Shown here: piece after piece, positions 63,708-64,000 of the stretch | How the letters are laid out: each line of letters begins with the position of its first letter | Position numbering within the stretch: position 1 is the stretch's first letter | Program-made: the position numbers and the translations under genes | Notes under the pieces: generated by a model | What the model saw: only the letters and a program-made list of their open reading frames with translations | Database searches by the model: none | What the model was told of the DNA's origin: nothing | DNA from: a virus | DNA: 64,000 nucleotides | Strand: one strand, 5' to 3' | Virus record (IMG/VR): IMGVR_UViG_3300030380_006185 | Span: 64,001 to 128,000 of that record

Positions 63708-63999
63708 AACTATAATCTTTGCCTGTTTTTGTTTTAATTTGTAAATTTCTTTGTTTAAATATTTCTTTAATTTGTTCTAAAACCTCTGTTTCTGTTTCAT
63801 CATAATCTAATAAAAATGAATCATAAACATACAATACGAGTTTAGTCTTTTTCCCTCGTAAAAGTTTAAAAATATCCCATATTATAAGAACATTAGTTGA
63901 GGTTTCCAAGTTTTGTAGTAAATAATTTAAAAGTTTTTGTGGATTCATATTATCCAATTTATCCTTTTCAAATCTATACTTAGATATTGGACACTCAAT
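63685..63999 (-). CDS. Family A DNA polymerase-like protein, C-terminal end (5' truncated by window)
   Basis: Frame open to window edge; NYLLQ and LVLYVYDSFL (cf. NxxIQ and LQVHDE motif C). Confidence 0.7.
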   Translation of the reverse strand: MECPISKYRFEKDKLDNMNPQKLLNYLLQNLETSTNVLIIWDIFKLLRGKKTKLVLYVYDSFLLDYDETETEVLEQIKEIFKQRNLQIKTKTGKDYSFAPTSYA

Positions 64000-64000
64000 G

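Overview
This is a very AT-rich 64-kb segment of a large lytic dsDNA bacteriophage genome with T4-like replication genes. Essentially all real genes lie on the minus strand in standard code 11. The host is probably Bacteroidota (Flavobacteriia-like), judged from a T9SS type-B C-terminal sorting domain, Gln at +1 after signal peptides, A-rich SD-less starts and TAnnTTTG-like promoter boxes. In transcription order (right to left) it contains: a PolA-like C-terminus, SSB, RecA/UvsX, 5'-3' exonuclease, DnaB helicase and NrdB/NrdA; a lysis cassette; a 7-deazaguanine locus (TGT/DpdA-like gene, queC, queD, queE, folE2, plus a phosphoribosyltransferase, SNase nuclease and MazG-like pyrophosphatase); a split family-B polymerase and sliding clamp; Hsp20/GroES/GroEL; clamp loader; sugar-nucleotide, glycosyltransferase and methyltransferase genes; five tRNAs; and an early region of small genes each with a repeated bipartite promoter. 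No canonical capsid or tail genes were recognised. The most unusual features are four. (1) A ~2 kb array of ten micro-ORF cassettes joined by 11 copies of a ~23-bp junction repeat read in all three frames (50.5-52.5 kb), inserted inside the deazaguanine locus. (2) An array of 11 ORFs with constant N-terminal leaders and unrelated C-termini (33.7-38.5 kb), resembling capsid-targeted internal proteins, with a visible recombination scar. (3) A possible nucleotide-pool-level deazaguanine substitution pathway. (4) An unannotated 22-aa, 9-Cys metallothionein-like ORF. All functional calls come from motif recognition by eye; no database searches were run.
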